DNA from: Elusimicrobiota bacterium
GTDB lineage: Bacteria; Elusimicrobiota; Elusimicrobia; F11
NCBI GenBank assembly: GCA_044221725.1
Contig: JBGAON010000001.1
Location: 160,001 to 224,000, forward strand
Reading direction: 5' to 3'
Length of the DNA stretch: 64,000 nt
The position numbers and the translations under genes are program-made. Positions 10,701-22,268 of the stretch are shown in pieces. Position 1 is the stretch's first letter. Each line of letters starts with the position of its first letter. Under the pieces are notes generated by a model, which saw only the letters and a program-made list of their open reading frames with translations, did no database searches and was not told the DNA's origin.

Positions 10701-12313
10701 TTGCGGCCACGCGAAATTCGATTCCCGGTGTGACGCTTATTTCGCCGCCGCCTCATCACGATATTTATTCGATCGAAGATCTCGCGCAGCTTATTTTTGA
10801 TTTGAAGAATGCCAATCCGAAGGCCAATGTCAGTGTGAAATTGGTGTCGGAAGTGGGCGTGGGCACCATTGCAGCCGGTGTCGCGAAAGGAAAAGCGGAT
10901 CTGGTTCTCATTGCGGGTCACGAGGGGGGCACGGGTGCGTCGCCGCTGACCTCTTTGAAATACGCGGGTCTTCCGTGGGAGCTTGGATTGGCCGAGACAC
11001 AACAAGTGCTCGTTATGAACGAACTGCGCGGTCGCATCCGTGTGCAAACCGATGGCCAGATGAAAACAGCGCGCGATTGCGTGATTGCTTTCTTGCTGGG
11101 GGCCGATGAAATCGGATTTTCCACGGCACCGCTCATCACGCTTGGGTGCATCATGATGCGTGTGTGCCATCTGAACACGTGCCCCGTCGGTGTGGCAACA
11201 CAAGATCCCGAGCTGCGCAAAAAATTTACCGGTAAACCGGAATACGTCGTGAACTTCTTCACTCTGCTGGCTGAAGAAATTCGTGAATTGCTCGCAAAAC
11301 TGGGCGTACGCTCGATCGATGAAATAGTTGGCCATGTCGAACGCTTGGAGATGGAACCGGCCGTCGATCATTGGAAAGCGAAAGGCGTTGATCTTTCGGC
11401 GATCCTTTACAAACCGCAGGAAGCGAACAGCGTTGATATTCGCCATGTATCGAAACAAGATCATGGCTTGGAAACCGCGCTCGATTACAAGTTAATCGAA
11501 AAAGCGAAACCCGCGCTCGAACAAAAGAAAGCGGTCAAGATTGAAATGCCAATTCAAAATACCGATCGTGCCGTGGGAGCCATTCTCTCAAGCGAAGTGT
11601 CGCGCAAATACGAAGCCGAGGGTTTGCCGAACGAAACGATTCATTGCAAGTTGAATGGCTCGGCCGGACAGAGTTTCGGCGCGTTCCTCGCGCCGGGAAT
11701 TACGATGGAGCTTGAAGGTGACGCCAACGATTACGTAGGCAAAGGCCTGTCGGGCGGTCGTGTCATTGTGTATCCGCCAAAAGAAAGTTCTTTCGTTCCC
11801 GAAGAGAACATGATCGCTGGGAACGTGGTGCTTTACGGCGGTATCAAAGGCGAAGCTTTCTTCCGTGGCATGGCGGGCGAGCGCTTTGCGGTTCGCAACA
11901 GCGGCGTTCGCACGGTTGTGGAAAGCGTTGGGGACCACGGTTGCGAATACATGACGGGCGGCGTCGTCGTGATCATTGGCCCCACGGGACGAAATTTTGC
12001 GGCCGGCATGAGCGGCGGTATCGCGTACATTCTGAACGAAGACGGCCAATTTAAAAGCCGCTGCAACATGGCCATGGTGGATTTGGAACCGGTCGTCGAG
12101 AAAGACGATGTCATTATTTTGAAAGATCTTATTCAACGCCATTTTGATTTGACGGGCAGCACCGTCGCAAAGAAAATTTTGGACCAATGGGAAGCGACGT
12201 TGCCGAAATTCGTGAAAGTATTTCCGAAAGAATATCGCCGCGCGCTCACCGAAATGTCCGCGAAGCAAAGCGGCCGCGCCATCGAATCAAAGAAAGTGGA
12301 GAGTTGGAGCTAA
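7757..12313 (+). CDS. gltB: Glutamate synthase large subunit
   Basis: EKDSCGVGF Ntn start, [11 protein letters not shown]-domain [11 protein letters not shown], 3Fe-4S motif [13 protein letters not shown]; 1518 aa. Confidence 0.98.
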   Translation: MKNAGLPPKQGLYDPQLEKDSCGVGFVVHIKGKQSHQIVEDGLTILRNLAHRGACGCDPLTGDGAGILVQIPHAFFKKEAANLKITLPAPGEYGVGFVFLPVEKDEQAFCISTLEATVKEEGQQLLGWRDVPVVSKCIGHVARSREPIIKQIFIGKSATIKDPLALERKLLVIRKVAERKIAASELQHKNMFYLTSLSSATIVYKGQLMPDQLQYFPDLSDKSFESALAMVHSRYSTNTFPSWDRAHPYRYIAHNGEINTLRGNINWMHARETLLANPAFGEDIKKLMPVINPNGSDSAMFDNVVEMLVAAGRSLPHAMLMMVPEAWSGNEAMDAEKKAFYEYHSCLMEPWDGPASMAFTDGKMIGALLDRNGLRPSRYYVTKDDMVIMASEVGVLPVNPKNVVTKGRLQPGKMFLVDTTQGRIISDEEIKKSLVTRKPYATWLKDNIVRFDRLPEPPNYAEPDHATLLKRQKAFGYTLEDLKYVLHPMAAKGEEGVGSMGEDTPLAVLSERPKLLYNYFKQLFAQVTNPAIDSIREEAVMSTEGTLGPEINLLDETPEQCHQLKLPHAIIGNKDLAKIRAINEGKLKATTIPILFKKAKGVDGLAPALQQLCQEASRAIKKGYTILILSDRGIDADNVAIPALLATAAVHHHLIREGTRTKVGLAVETGEARELHHFALLIGYGAGAINPYGALETIADMLKQGLLPKDLTFEQAFKNYIKATRKGLLKIIAKMGISTIHSYRGAQIFEAVGLNPSVIEKYFTWTASRVAGVDIETIAEECLIRHRQAFPEVEGAVEDYDVGGFYQWRKDGEYHMVNPTTVHKLQYAARTNNRAAFKDFQKSIDERNHNLATLRGLMKIKFADKAIPVEEVEPVSAIVKRFCTGAMSFGSISREAHESLAIAMNRLGGRSNTGEGGEDAGRFRPDANGDLKRSKIKQVASGRFGVTSHYLVNADEIQIKISQGAKPGEGGQLHGAKVTDEIAATRNSIPGVTLISPPPHHDIYSIEDLAQLIFDLKNANPKANVSVKLVSEVGVGTIAAGVAKGKADLVLIAGHEGGTGASPLTSLKYAGLPWELGLAETQQVLVMNELRGRIRVQTDGQMKTARDCVIAFLLGADEIGFSTAPLITLGCIMMRVCHLNTCPVGVATQDPELRKKFTGKPEYVVNFFTLLAEEIRELLAKLGVRSIDEIVGHVERLEMEPAVDHWKAKGVDLSAILYKPQEANSVDIRHVSKQDHGLETALDYKLIEKAKPALEQKKAVKIEMPIQNTDRAVGAILSSEVSRKYEAEGLPNETIHCKLNGSAGQSFGAFLAPGITMELEGDANDYVGKGLSGGRVIVYPPKESSFVPEENMIAGNVVLYGGIKGEAFFRGMAGERFAVRNSGVRTVVESVGDHGCEYMTGGVVVIIGPTGRNFAAGMSGGIAYILNEDGQFKSRCNMAMVDLEPVVEKDDVIILKDLIQRHFDLTGSTVAKKILDQWEATLPKFVKVFPKEYRRALTEMSAKQSGRAIESKKVESWS

Positions 12314-13749
12314 TGGGCGACATTCGCGGATTTATCACGATTCAAAGAGAAGATATGGGCTATCGCCCGGTCGAGGAACGGCTGAAAGACTATAAAGAAG
12401 TCATTATTCCTCTCACCGAAGAGAAAGTGAAAGCTCAGGGCGCGCGTTGCATGGATTGCGGCGTGCCCACCTGCCATTGGGGTTGCCCCGTCGATAATTT
12501 GATCCCGGATTGGAACGATCTTGTCTACCGTGGTCGCTGGCAAGACGCACTCGAACGCTTGCTTCGCACCAACAATCTGCCGGAAATGACCGGCCGGGTG
12601 TGCCCAGCGCCGTGCGAGGTTTCGTGCGTGTTGGGGCTCATCGCTCCTCCTGTGAGCATCAAACTGAACGAGTATTCGATTATTGAGAAAGGGTTTTCCG
12701 AAGGATGGATCAAACCCGAAGTGCCAAAGACGCGTACGGGAAAAAAAGTCGCTGTCGTTGGATCCGGCCCGGCTGGTTTGGCTGCTGCGCAGCAACTGAA
12801 CCGCGCGGGTCATTGGGTCACGGTTCTTGAAAAGAACGACCGTGTTGGCGGGCTTCTCCGCTACGGTATTCCAGATTTTAAACTTGAGAAACACATTGTT
12901 GATCGCCGTCAGAAGTTGCTCGAAGCCGAAGGCATCACATTCCGTACAAACGCGCACGTGGGCGTGAACGTATCGGTTGAAAAAATTCTCGAAGAATTTG
13001 ATGCGCTTCTTTTGGCCGGCGGTTCCGAAAAACCGCGCGACCTTCCCGTGCCGGGTCGCGAGTTCAAAGGTATTCATTTCGCGATGGAGTTCTTGCCACA
13101 ACAAAATAAGCGCGGCGCCGGAGACACGATTCCCTCCGAGAAGGAAATCACCGCCAAGGGAAAACATGTGATCGTGATTGGTGGCGGCGATACGGGTTCG
13201 GATTGTATTGGAACGAGCCATCGCCAAGGAGCAAAGAGCGTGACGTCGCTCGAGCTTTTGCCGAAACCTCCCGTGGAACGACCGGCGGACAATCCGTGGC
13301 CGGAATGGTCTCGCATTTTGCGTTACTCGTCTTCGCACAAAGAGGGCGGAAAAATTGAGTACAGCGTTTCAACGAAAAAATTTAGCGGTGAAAACGGCCA
13401 AGTGAAAAAATTGCATGGCGTGAAAATTGAATGGCAGCGCGATGAAAAAGGCCAAATGAAAATGATCGAAGTGCCCGGTTCCGAATTTGAATTGGAAGCG
13501 GATCTCGTTTTGTTGGCGATGGGGTTTGTGCATCCGGTGCACGACGGAATGATTCAACAACTCGGCGTGAACTTGGATCCACGCGGTAACGTGATGGTGG
13601 ACGCGAATCACATGACCAGCAAAGAAGGCGTTTTCGCAGCGGGCGATATGGCCATTGGCCAGTCGCTCGTTGTGCGTGCGATCAAACAAGGCCGCAACGC
13701 TGCGCGCGGTATCGACAAATATCTAATGGGGGAAACACAACTGCCATGA
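12313..13749 (+). CDS. gltD: Glutamate synthase small subunit
   Basis: [30 protein letters not shown] and GGGDTGSDC motifs; ATG overlaps the gltB TAA. Confidence 0.97.
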   Translation: MGDIRGFITIQREDMGYRPVEERLKDYKEVIIPLTEEKVKAQGARCMDCGVPTCHWGCPVDNLIPDWNDLVYRGRWQDALERLLRTNNLPEMTGRVCPAPCEVSCVLGLIAPPVSIKLNEYSIIEKGFSEGWIKPEVPKTRTGKKVAVVGSGPAGLAAAQQLNRAGHWVTVLEKNDRVGGLLRYGIPDFKLEKHIVDRRQKLLEAEGITFRTNAHVGVNVSVEKILEEFDALLLAGGSEKPRDLPVPGREFKGIHFAMEFLPQQNKRGAGDTIPSEKEITAKGKHVIVIGGGDTGSDCIGTSHRQGAKSVTSLELLPKPPVERPADNPWPEWSRILRYSSSHKEGGKIEYSVSTKKFSGENGQVKKLHGVKIEWQRDEKGQMKMIEVPGSEFELEADLVLLAMGFVHPVHDGMIQQLGVNLDPRGNVMVDANHMTSKEGVFAAGDMAIGQSLVVRAIKQGRNAARGIDKYLMGETQLP

Positions 13750-14088
13750 TTCCATCGTTAACCAGCATTCAGTCAAATTATCCGGTGTTTTCGTTTGTTG
13801 CATTGTTTCTTGTTTACGCGTTTTTCGCTGTGTGTTTGGCTGCCGTTGCAAAGAAGGGCGGCGAGAGTGAAAAGTCGTGGTGGGCGTGGGTTCCCGTTCT
13901 TCAGGTTCTTTTAATTTTGCGCGTCGCAAAGATTGATTGGTGGTGGATTTTCTTCTTTTTGATTCCGTTCGTTAATATTGCGATTGCGATTTATATTTGG
14001 GTTCGCGTCGCGAAGACTCTCGGCAAACACCCGGTTTGGGGCGTGCTCATGGTGGTGCCGGGTCTTGATTTGTTCGTATTGGCTTACC

Positions 14089-14105
<17 letters not shown>
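13746..14105 (+). CDS. Small membrane protein (DUF5684-like)
   Basis: W.AWVP...[13 protein letters not shown]...AKTLGK...YLAFS pattern, 3-4 TM segments. Confidence 0.65.
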
Positions 14106-16164
<2,059 letters not shown>

Positions 16165-16171
16165 AAAAACC

Positions 16172-16201
16172 TTGCCATTTATCGTCGATATCAAGCATAA
16201 T
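16172..16201 (+). promoter_or_regulatory. Candidate sigma70 promoter of csp, giving a ~180-nt 5' leader
   Basis: TTGCCA-18-CATAAT; long leaders are typical of cold-shock genes. Confidence 0.55.
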
Positions 16202-16387
16202 AGGCGCAGCTTCATGTTAAGTTTTGTTTTTCATCGTATCCCCAGCTTTACCTTCCTAATGCTTGGAAACCCCCTTTGAGAATAAACCCTAACCAAATTT
16301 TGTTGTCTGTCCGTTGTTGGCAGCCGCTCTGCGTGGCGACCCGACGGACCTTCGGCAAATCATCAAAATAGTAGAGGTAAGAAAAAA

Positions 16388-16594
16388 ATGAGTCAACGTG
16401 GTACAGTAAAGTGGTTCAATAACGCGAAAGGTTTCGGCTTTATCGCAAAAGCAGATGGTTCCGGTGATGTATTCGTACATTACTCCGCGATTACGGGTGA
16501 AGGCTTCAAAAGCCTTGCCGAAGGACAAGAAGTGACCTTTGACGAAGTCCCAGGAGAACGGGGACCAAAGGCCGCAAACGTCGCCCGCGTCTAG
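16388..16594 (+). CDS. cspA: Cold-shock protein (CspA family)
   Basis: [15 protein letters not shown] and DVFVHYSAI motifs; SD GAGG upstream. Confidence 0.96.
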   Translation: MSQRGTVKWFNNAKGFGFIAKADGSGDVFVHYSAITGEGFKSLAEGQEVTFDEVPGERGPKAANVARV

Positions 16595-16627
16595 TTTTAA
16601 TTAGTTAAAACGATTCACGGTAGCACG

Positions 16628-16665
16628 AAAGCCCGCCGTCCCCTCAAAGGGCGGCGGGCTTTTTT
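16628..16665 (+). terminator. Rho-independent terminator after csp
   Basis: AAAGCCCGCCGTCCC-CTCAAA-GGGCGGCGGGCTTTTTT. Confidence 0.9.
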
Positions 16666-16713
16666 ATCGTAGGATGCCTTGAAATGATTTCCAAAAAAGG
16701 ACAATTTATAAAC

Positions 16714-17133
16714 ATGAAATCGCAACGCGGCATAGCCATTCTTGAAGTGTTGATGATTCTCGTCGTTCTCGGCGTGATCGCGTTTATCACGGTTCCCAAA
16801 TTTCAGACGATGCTTTATCAGTCACGGGAGTCTCACACTAAATCGCACCTCGGTGATCTGCGCGGCGCCCTCGCAATTTATTATTCCGACAATTTTGGCC
16901 GTTACCCTTCCGATGAAGGGACGCCGGAAACGCGACTCTCCGCAGCCATCGTGCCGCAATATTTAAAGCGCGTTCCGAGCGTGGAGCTCCGTCACCTTTA
17001 TGGTCATGACAAGAACACCGTGCAAGACCGATTCAACGATGAGGGCGATTGGATGTATTCGATGGTGAATGGGTTCGTGGCTGTGAATTCCAGCAAAGCC
17101 GATACAAAAGGCGAGCCCATTTCGAGTTGGTGA
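16714..17133 (+). CDS. Type IV pilin / GspG-like pseudopilin
   Basis: QRG|IAILEVLMILVVLGVIAFITVPKF...LRGALAIYYSDN.G.YP. Confidence 0.85.
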   Translation: MKSQRGIAILEVLMILVVLGVIAFITVPKFQTMLYQSRESHTKSHLGDLRGALAIYYSDNFGRYPSDEGTPETRLSAAIVPQYLKRVPSVELRHLYGHDKNTVQDRFNDEGDWMYSMVNGFVAVNSSKADTKGEPISSW

Positions 17134-17561
17134 CGGAACAGCTGCCCATCATCGACATCGGTTACGAACCAGAAGTTAAGCCGCTCATTTTGGTTGTGGA
17201 CGATGAAATCGCTATTCACGGCGTGATTTTTGATTCGTTGGAAAGCCATTACCGTTTGGTGAGCGCCCACAACGGCCGCGAAGGTGTTCTGCGGGCGTCG
17301 AAAATCAAGCCGGCTCTGATCTTAATGGATGTTATGATGCCGGATATTGGTGGATACGAAGCGGTGCGAATGCTGCACGCGGATGCATCAACAAGAAATA
17401 TCCCAGTAGTTATCATGACCGCCCAAAATTTTGACGACTCAACCGTAAAACTTTTGAAATTGGAGCCCAACGTTTACAATTTTCTTCCGAAGCCATTCCG
17501 CGCAAAAGATTTGCGTGATGTCGTTCAAAAAGCAATTAAGCGATCAAAAAATCCCTCCTAA
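17130..17561 (+). CDS. Single-domain response regulator
   Basis: ILVVDD, ILMDVMMP and FLPKPF motifs; GTGA overlap with the pilin stop. Confidence 0.9.
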   Translation: MTEQLPIIDIGYEPEVKPLILVVDDEIAIHGVIFDSLESHYRLVSAHNGREGVLRASKIKPALILMDVMMPDIGGYEAVRMLHADASTRNIPVVIMTAQNFDDSTVKLLKLEPNVYNFLPKPFRAKDLRDVVQKAIKRSKNPS

Positions 17562-17567
17562 ATTTTT

Positions 17568-18185
17568 ATGAAACAGTTGGTCTTGGATACGAGTCTTTTT
17601 GTGAACCCAGCGTCCGCCGAAGCGTGGGGGAATTCTCCGACGGCAGCGTTCACCCATTTTTTACAGGCCGCTAAACAGACCCACGATATTGCGTTGTTCA
17701 TGCCGCCAGCAATTTATCGTGAACTGATGTTTTTCGCGGAGGAAAGAAATATTCCATCGGCGCTTTTGACGCAGGTGCAGCAACGCGCTCCGAAGAAACA
17801 CGAACTGCAAGTGCCGGGATTTTTTATTTACAGTTTGGTGGAAAGTTATCGTGACCGCGTGGATCGTGGTCTCCGCCTCGCCGAGCGGCATGTGCGAGAA
17901 GCCTTGCAGTCGTCCTCATCGATGTCGCAGCCCGAAAAAGCCGCTCCGCGAGATGCGGTGCGCCCCGATGCAAAATTGGTTTCCAGCTTGCGCGAACAAT
18001 TTCGTCGCATGATGCGAGAAGGGATGCTCGATTCGAAAGCCGATGTTGATTTGTTGCTTCTCGCGTACGAGATTAAAGGCACGTTGGTTTCGGCTGATGA
18101 AGGCGTGCTCGCGTGGGCCGAAAATTTGGGAATTGAAATTTTGCCGTACTCCCAGTTGCAACCCCTCCTTAAAGAAACAAAATAA
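17568..18185 (+). CDS. Protein-only RNase P, HARP family (Aq_880/MJ0950-like PIN domain)
   Basis: VLDTS, MPPAIY.E, RVDRGLRLAE, LREQFR...REGMLDSKADVDLLLLAYE and LVSADEG motifs. Confidence 0.88.
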   Translation: MKQLVLDTSLFVNPASAEAWGNSPTAAFTHFLQAAKQTHDIALFMPPAIYRELMFFAEERNIPSALLTQVQQRAPKKHELQVPGFFIYSLVESYRDRVDRGLRLAERHVREALQSSSSMSQPEKAAPRDAVRPDAKLVSSLREQFRRMMREGMLDSKADVDLLLLAYEIKGTLVSADEGVLAWAENLGIEILPYSQLQPLLKETK

Positions 18186-18235
18186 CCGTCCTATTGGACG
18201 GAGTCGATCCCTCGTTTCCTCTCCATTGGAGTCGT

Positions 18236-18715
18236 ATGTTTAACCGATTCGTTTGGTTGTTGTTGCTGTTTCTCGCCAGCCCCCTCTTGGCCGAAAGCAG
18301 TTTGTCTTGGCGTGACAAGTTCGTCCGCGAACGTCGAGCGGCGTTTGGAGATGTGAGCGATCGCTCATCAGAAGAAGTGAAGAATTACTATTGGTTGGCG
18401 GGAGAAAATCGCTGCGCTGTTGCACAAAAAGTGGATTCGGCGTTGCTCGTCGATGCGCCGGCGCAAGCCTCCGACATTTCTCTTCGAGCGCACGCGTCGC
18501 TTAGTTCCTCCGTTCCCACCCCCGGATCGCGGCAACGCCCAGTTCGACGCCGCTCGGAATCATCGTTAAAGGAATTGCAATCAAAAGCCCGCCGCGCTTA
18601 TGAGAATGGACGGCTGGAGGAGGCGCGGCGTTTTTATTCGTTACTGAATCAAGCCCAACCCGATTCTGTCGAAGCCGCGGAACGACTCGCGATCATTGAC
18701 AAAGAACTGCAGTAA
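18236..18715 (+). CDS. Secreted hypothetical protein with a C-terminal TPR-like helix pair
   Basis: Signal peptide ...ASPLLA; ARRAYENGRLEEARRFY...QPDSVEA. Confidence 0.6.
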   Translation: MFNRFVWLLLLFLASPLLAESSLSWRDKFVRERRAAFGDVSDRSSEEVKNYYWLAGENRCAVAQKVDSALLVDAPAQASDISLRAHASLSSSVPTPGSRQRPVRRRSESSLKELQSKARRAYENGRLEEARRFYSLLNQAQPDSVEAAERLAIIDKELQ

Positions 18716-20320
18716 TTAAGGGACGTAGCGGTTTGTAATTGGCATCCGGTGATCGCGACCAAACGAACGCGGGGTGATCTTTATGCCAGGCGGGTTTTGC
18801 CGGCGTTTGTATTCGCTGCGATCGATCAACAAGCTAATTCTTTTTTCGTAATCGCCGCGCGTATAAATCGCCATGTTTTTCTCCACGTAATCAACGATCA
18901 GCGGATCCAGCGTTGCGTACGGGCCGAGCGAATCTTCATCCTTTTGATTCTCACGGAGTTCGGCGGTGGGGGCGCGCGCGATGGTGGAGTTCGGAATAAT
19001 GTCTTTGCCCGCACGCTTATTGATGTGCTTCGAAAGTTCGTAAACAGTCGTCTTCAAAACATCTTTGATGACGGCAAAGCCTCCGGCCGTATCGCCGTAG
19101 AGCGTGCTGTAGCCGGTTGACATTTCGGATTTGTTGCCCGTGGTCAAAACCAACCAACCAAATTTGTTCGAAAGTGCCATGAGCAGATTGCCGCGGATGC
19201 GCGCTTGCAAGTTTTCTTCCGCGATGTTTGGTTTTGCGTTTTTAAACAGCGGCTCAAGTGTATGAAGAAATTCGTTAAAAATATTTTGAATGGGAATCTC
19301 ATGGAATTCGATCCCGAGATTTTTCGCAACGAGTGCCGCGTCGCTCTTCGTTTCGGCCAAATTAAACCGCGTCGGCATCGTAACACCGACGACATTTTGA
19401 GGCCCAAGCGCTTCCGCAGCCAATGTCGCGACGAGCGCGGAATCGATTCCGCCCGATAAACCAATCGCGACCTTCTTAAATCCATTTTTTTCGACGTAAT
19501 CGTGCAGCCCGAGAACAAGCGCGGCGTGAATTTCTTCGATGCGTTCGAGCGGTTCCTTGGTACCGCTGTTGCAGGATAAATCGATATTCCGACCGCGGGA
19601 TTCAATATCTATCACGTGAAGGCCGGACCTGAACTGTGGAAATTGCGCCGCCACCTTCCCTTGGCATGTCATGATGAAACTGCCTCCGTCAAAAACCAAT
19701 TCGTCTTGTCCGCCTGTCATGTTGCAATACAGCATGGGCGATTGGACAAAGCGCACGGATTTTTTGAACGCATCGTAACGTTGCGTGAGTTTGCCAACGT
19801 GATAGGGACTCGCGGAAATATTCACGAGCAGTTGAACCTTTTGTTTTTTGAGATCAAGCAGGTGAGGGCCAAGAATCCAAATGTCTTCGCAAATTGTGAG
19901 GCCAATTTTCGTGCCATTTAATGTTCGGACGACCGGTTTCTCCCCGGGGGAAAAATAGCGCTTTTCGTCGAACACGCCGTAGTTGGGCAGACAGCGTTTA
20001 TGATAGGTGGCGGCCACGCGCCCGTTCTCTATCCAGGCTGCGGCGTTGAACCGTTTGTTGCGGGCTTCGTCAACAAAACCAATGACGGCTGCAATGCCAC
20101 GCACACTTTTTGCAATTTCTTTTACCGCTTTTAGGTTTTCGGCAACGAACGCTGGCTTGAGGAGCAAGTCTTCCGGCGGGTAGCCGGTCAAACACATTTC
20201 CGGCGTGAGAACAAGCGCGCATCCATCGGCCTTCGCTTCGTTGATGGCCTCAAGAATTAGCCGCGCGTTGCCGCGAATGTCACCGACGGTTGGGTTTAAT
20301 TGAGCCAGCCCCACGCGCAT
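18716..20320 (-). CDS. nadE: Glutamine-dependent NAD+ synthetase
   Basis: Nitrilase domain (PE, K.LPNY, ICEDIW) plus GLSGGIDSA, TGNKSE and TLYGD motifs. Confidence 0.96.
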   Translation of the reverse strand: MRVGLAQLNPTVGDIRGNARLILEAINEAKADGCALVLTPEMCLTGYPPEDLLLKPAFVAENLKAVKEIAKSVRGIAAVIGFVDEARNKRFNAAAWIENGRVAATYHKRCLPNYGVFDEKRYFSPGEKPVVRTLNGTKIGLTICEDIWILGPHLLDLKKQKVQLLVNISASPYHVGKLTQRYDAFKKSVRFVQSPMLYCNMTGGQDELVFDGGSFIMTCQGKVAAQFPQFRSGLHVIDIESRGRNIDLSCNSGTKEPLERIEEIHAALVLGLHDYVEKNGFKKVAIGLSGGIDSALVATLAAEALGPQNVVGVTMPTRFNLAETKSDAALVAKNLGIEFHEIPIQNIFNEFLHTLEPLFKNAKPNIAEENLQARIRGNLLMALSNKFGWLVLTTGNKSEMSTGYSTLYGDTAGGFAVIKDVLKTTVYELSKHINKRAGKDIIPNSTIARAPTAELRENQKDEDSLGPYATLDPLIVDYVEKNMAIYTRGDYEKRISLLIDRSEYKRRQNPPGIKITPRSFGRDHRMPITNRYVP

Positions 20321-20326
20321 GGAGCG

Positions 20327-21544
20327 TTATTGCACCATTTCGTGAGCGAGGATAATCGCTTCGGAAATTTCCTTCATCGATTTTCGTCGGTCCATGCTTT
20401 GGCGTTGAATTTCCCGGAAGGCTTCTTGCTCGGAAACCTTCTTTTGGTTCATGAGAATGCCTTTCGCGCGCTCGATCAGTTTGCGCGACTCCAAGGCTTC
20501 TTGCGCAGCCAATTTTTCGGAAAGAAGCCGGGTATTTTCTATCGCGGCCGCGCATTGGTTCGCCACCGACTGCGCAAAAGCGATCTCGTCCTCATTGAAC
20601 ACATGTTCGACAGGTTTATAGATATTGATGAGACCGAGTGCTTTGTCTTTATAAAGCATCGGCACTGACAAAAGAGAGACAAGTCCTTGTTTGATGGCCA
20701 AATCACGATATTGGTAGGCGCTGTCTTTCCGCACATCGCGGACCTGCAGCGGCTTTTTGTTCAGGATCGTTTTGCCCGAGGAGCTGCCATGGATTTTCAC
20801 CGGGCCTTTGTCGCGGTAGCCGGGGTCAAGCGATTGCGAGGCAACCATTCGGAGCTCTTGCGTCTTCTCATCCACCAGCATGATCGAGCAAATATTTGAA
20901 CCGAGCATCTGCGCCGTCATGTTCACGATGAGCTGCATGATGTCTTCGGGATAGCGGTCTTGGGTGATCGTGTTTGAAACAGCGTTCAGCGCTTCGAGCC
21001 TGCGTGCCCGAAGGCGCGTTTCTTTGTACAGGCGAGCTGTTTCGATGGCGGCTCCGACCTGACGGCCAATCGTTGACAGCAGATTAATAAGACGCAACGA
21101 ATGAACACGCGATTTTCTGTGCTGAATATTAATGACACCAATGACGTCGTTTTTGATCATGACGGGGACGGAAAGAAACGCTTCGTAACGATCTTCCGGT
21201 AGCACATTGATGAAACGCGGATCCGCGTGAGCGCCTTTCGAGATTGCGACCGGCTTGTGATGTTTGGCTACCCAGCCGGTAATTCCTTCGCCCATTTTGA
21301 TACGGAGGCTTCCGATGTCATTGGGATGCGGTGTTTTCGATGCCGATAAGACAAGGTCGTGTGTGGCCGTGTCGTGCAAGAACAGAAAGCAGGCATCGGC
21401 CTTTGTGAGGCCATTCACGAGATGAATGGTCTCGTTCAACGTTTGCTGCAGTTCTAGTGTCGATGCAAAAAGTGTGGAAAGATCGGAAAAGACCTTTAAT
21501 TCATCGATTTTTTCAGTTTTCTCTTTCGTCTGAGTTTTCTTCAT
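20327..21544 (-). CDS. GAF-GAF-ANTAR RNA-binding regulator
   Basis: Two GAF domains (GEGITGWVA; LLSVPM) and C-terminal RKLIERAKGILM...EAFREIQRQSMDRRKSM; stop is 6 nt before the nadE start. Confidence 0.92.
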   Translation of the reverse strand: MKKTQTKEKTEKIDELKVFSDLSTLFASTLELQQTLNETIHLVNGLTKADACFLFLHDTATHDLVLSASKTPHPNDIGSLRIKMGEGITGWVAKHHKPVAISKGAHADPRFINVLPEDRYEAFLSVPVMIKNDVIGVINIQHRKSRVHSLRLINLLSTIGRQVGAAIETARLYKETRLRARRLEALNAVSNTITQDRYPEDIMQLIVNMTAQMLGSNICSIMLVDEKTQELRMVASQSLDPGYRDKGPVKIHGSSSGKTILNKKPLQVRDVRKDSAYQYRDLAIKQGLVSLLSVPMLYKDKALGLINIYKPVEHVFNEDEIAFAQSVANQCAAAIENTRLLSEKLAAQEALESRKLIERAKGILMNQKKVSEQEAFREIQRQSMDRRKSMKEISEAIILAHEMVQ

Positions 21545-21615
21545 TCTGGAACCTCGAGGTTGGTGTAAGGCCCCGCATTGTAGCAATTCAAATGTTAAAC
21601 TCGCCGCTCTTCAAC

Positions 21616-22254
21616 ATGGTCAACTTAAACTGGTTTTTACGTCTCAAATCCGTTTTTACAAACGCCGAAACCGAAACGGAATCTGTTCTTCGAACCCTTG
21701 CCGACAAACTAGAAGCGAAGGACCCTTACACGCTCGGTCACGCCGATCGCGTTTCCCAATACGCGGTTGAACTCGGGAAAATTCTTGGTGTCAACGGTCG
21801 GGAGCTGGCCATGCTCCGAAAAGGGGGACTTTTGCATGATATCGGCAAAATTGCAGTGCCGGACGCCATTTTGCTTAAGCCTGGCAAATACACCGACGAA
21901 GAGTTCGATGTAATGAAACGCCACCCGACGCTGGGCTGTGAAATTTGCCAAAACATCGCTTCGGTCCAAGATGCATTGCCGATGATTCGGCATCACCACG
22001 AACGGCTTGATGGCAGCGGATATCCGGACGGCCTGAAAGCCGATCAAATTTCGCCGTTGGTGCGCATAGTAACCATTGTCGACATTTACGATGCGTTGCG
22101 CTCCCGTCGCACCTATAAAGAACCATTTTCTCTCGATAAGTCGTTTGAAATCATGTGGAGTGAGGTCAACAAAGGTTGGTGGGATAAACATGTATTGTTG
22201 CCATGGGAGAATTATATCCGCTCAAACAAAGCCAACCACTATCCGCGGGCTTAA
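21616..22254 (+). CDS. Stand-alone HD-GYP phosphodiesterase (start 21616 or 21592)
   Basis: KDPYTLGHADRV, LHDIGK and HHERLDGSGYPDGL motifs. Confidence 0.9.
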   Translation: MVNLNWFLRLKSVFTNAETETESVLRTLADKLEAKDPYTLGHADRVSQYAVELGKILGVNGRELAMLRKGGLLHDIGKIAVPDAILLKPGKYTDEEFDVMKRHPTLGCEICQNIASVQDALPMIRHHHERLDGSGYPDGLKADQISPLVRIVTIVDIYDALRSRRTYKEPFSLDKSFEIMWSEVNKGWWDKHVLLPWENYIRSNKANHYPRA

Positions 22255-22268
22255 ACCGCGTTTGATTC

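Noticed and set aside
10547..13338. Long antisense ORFs opposite gltB/gltD (similar ones opposite glyA at 40926-41771 and at 45649-46566)
   Set aside because: Codon-bias shadows of conserved genes, with no recognisable motifs.
17568..18185. VapC-type PIN toxin
   Set aside because: Length and motifs match the HARP family, and there is no antitoxin-like neighbour.
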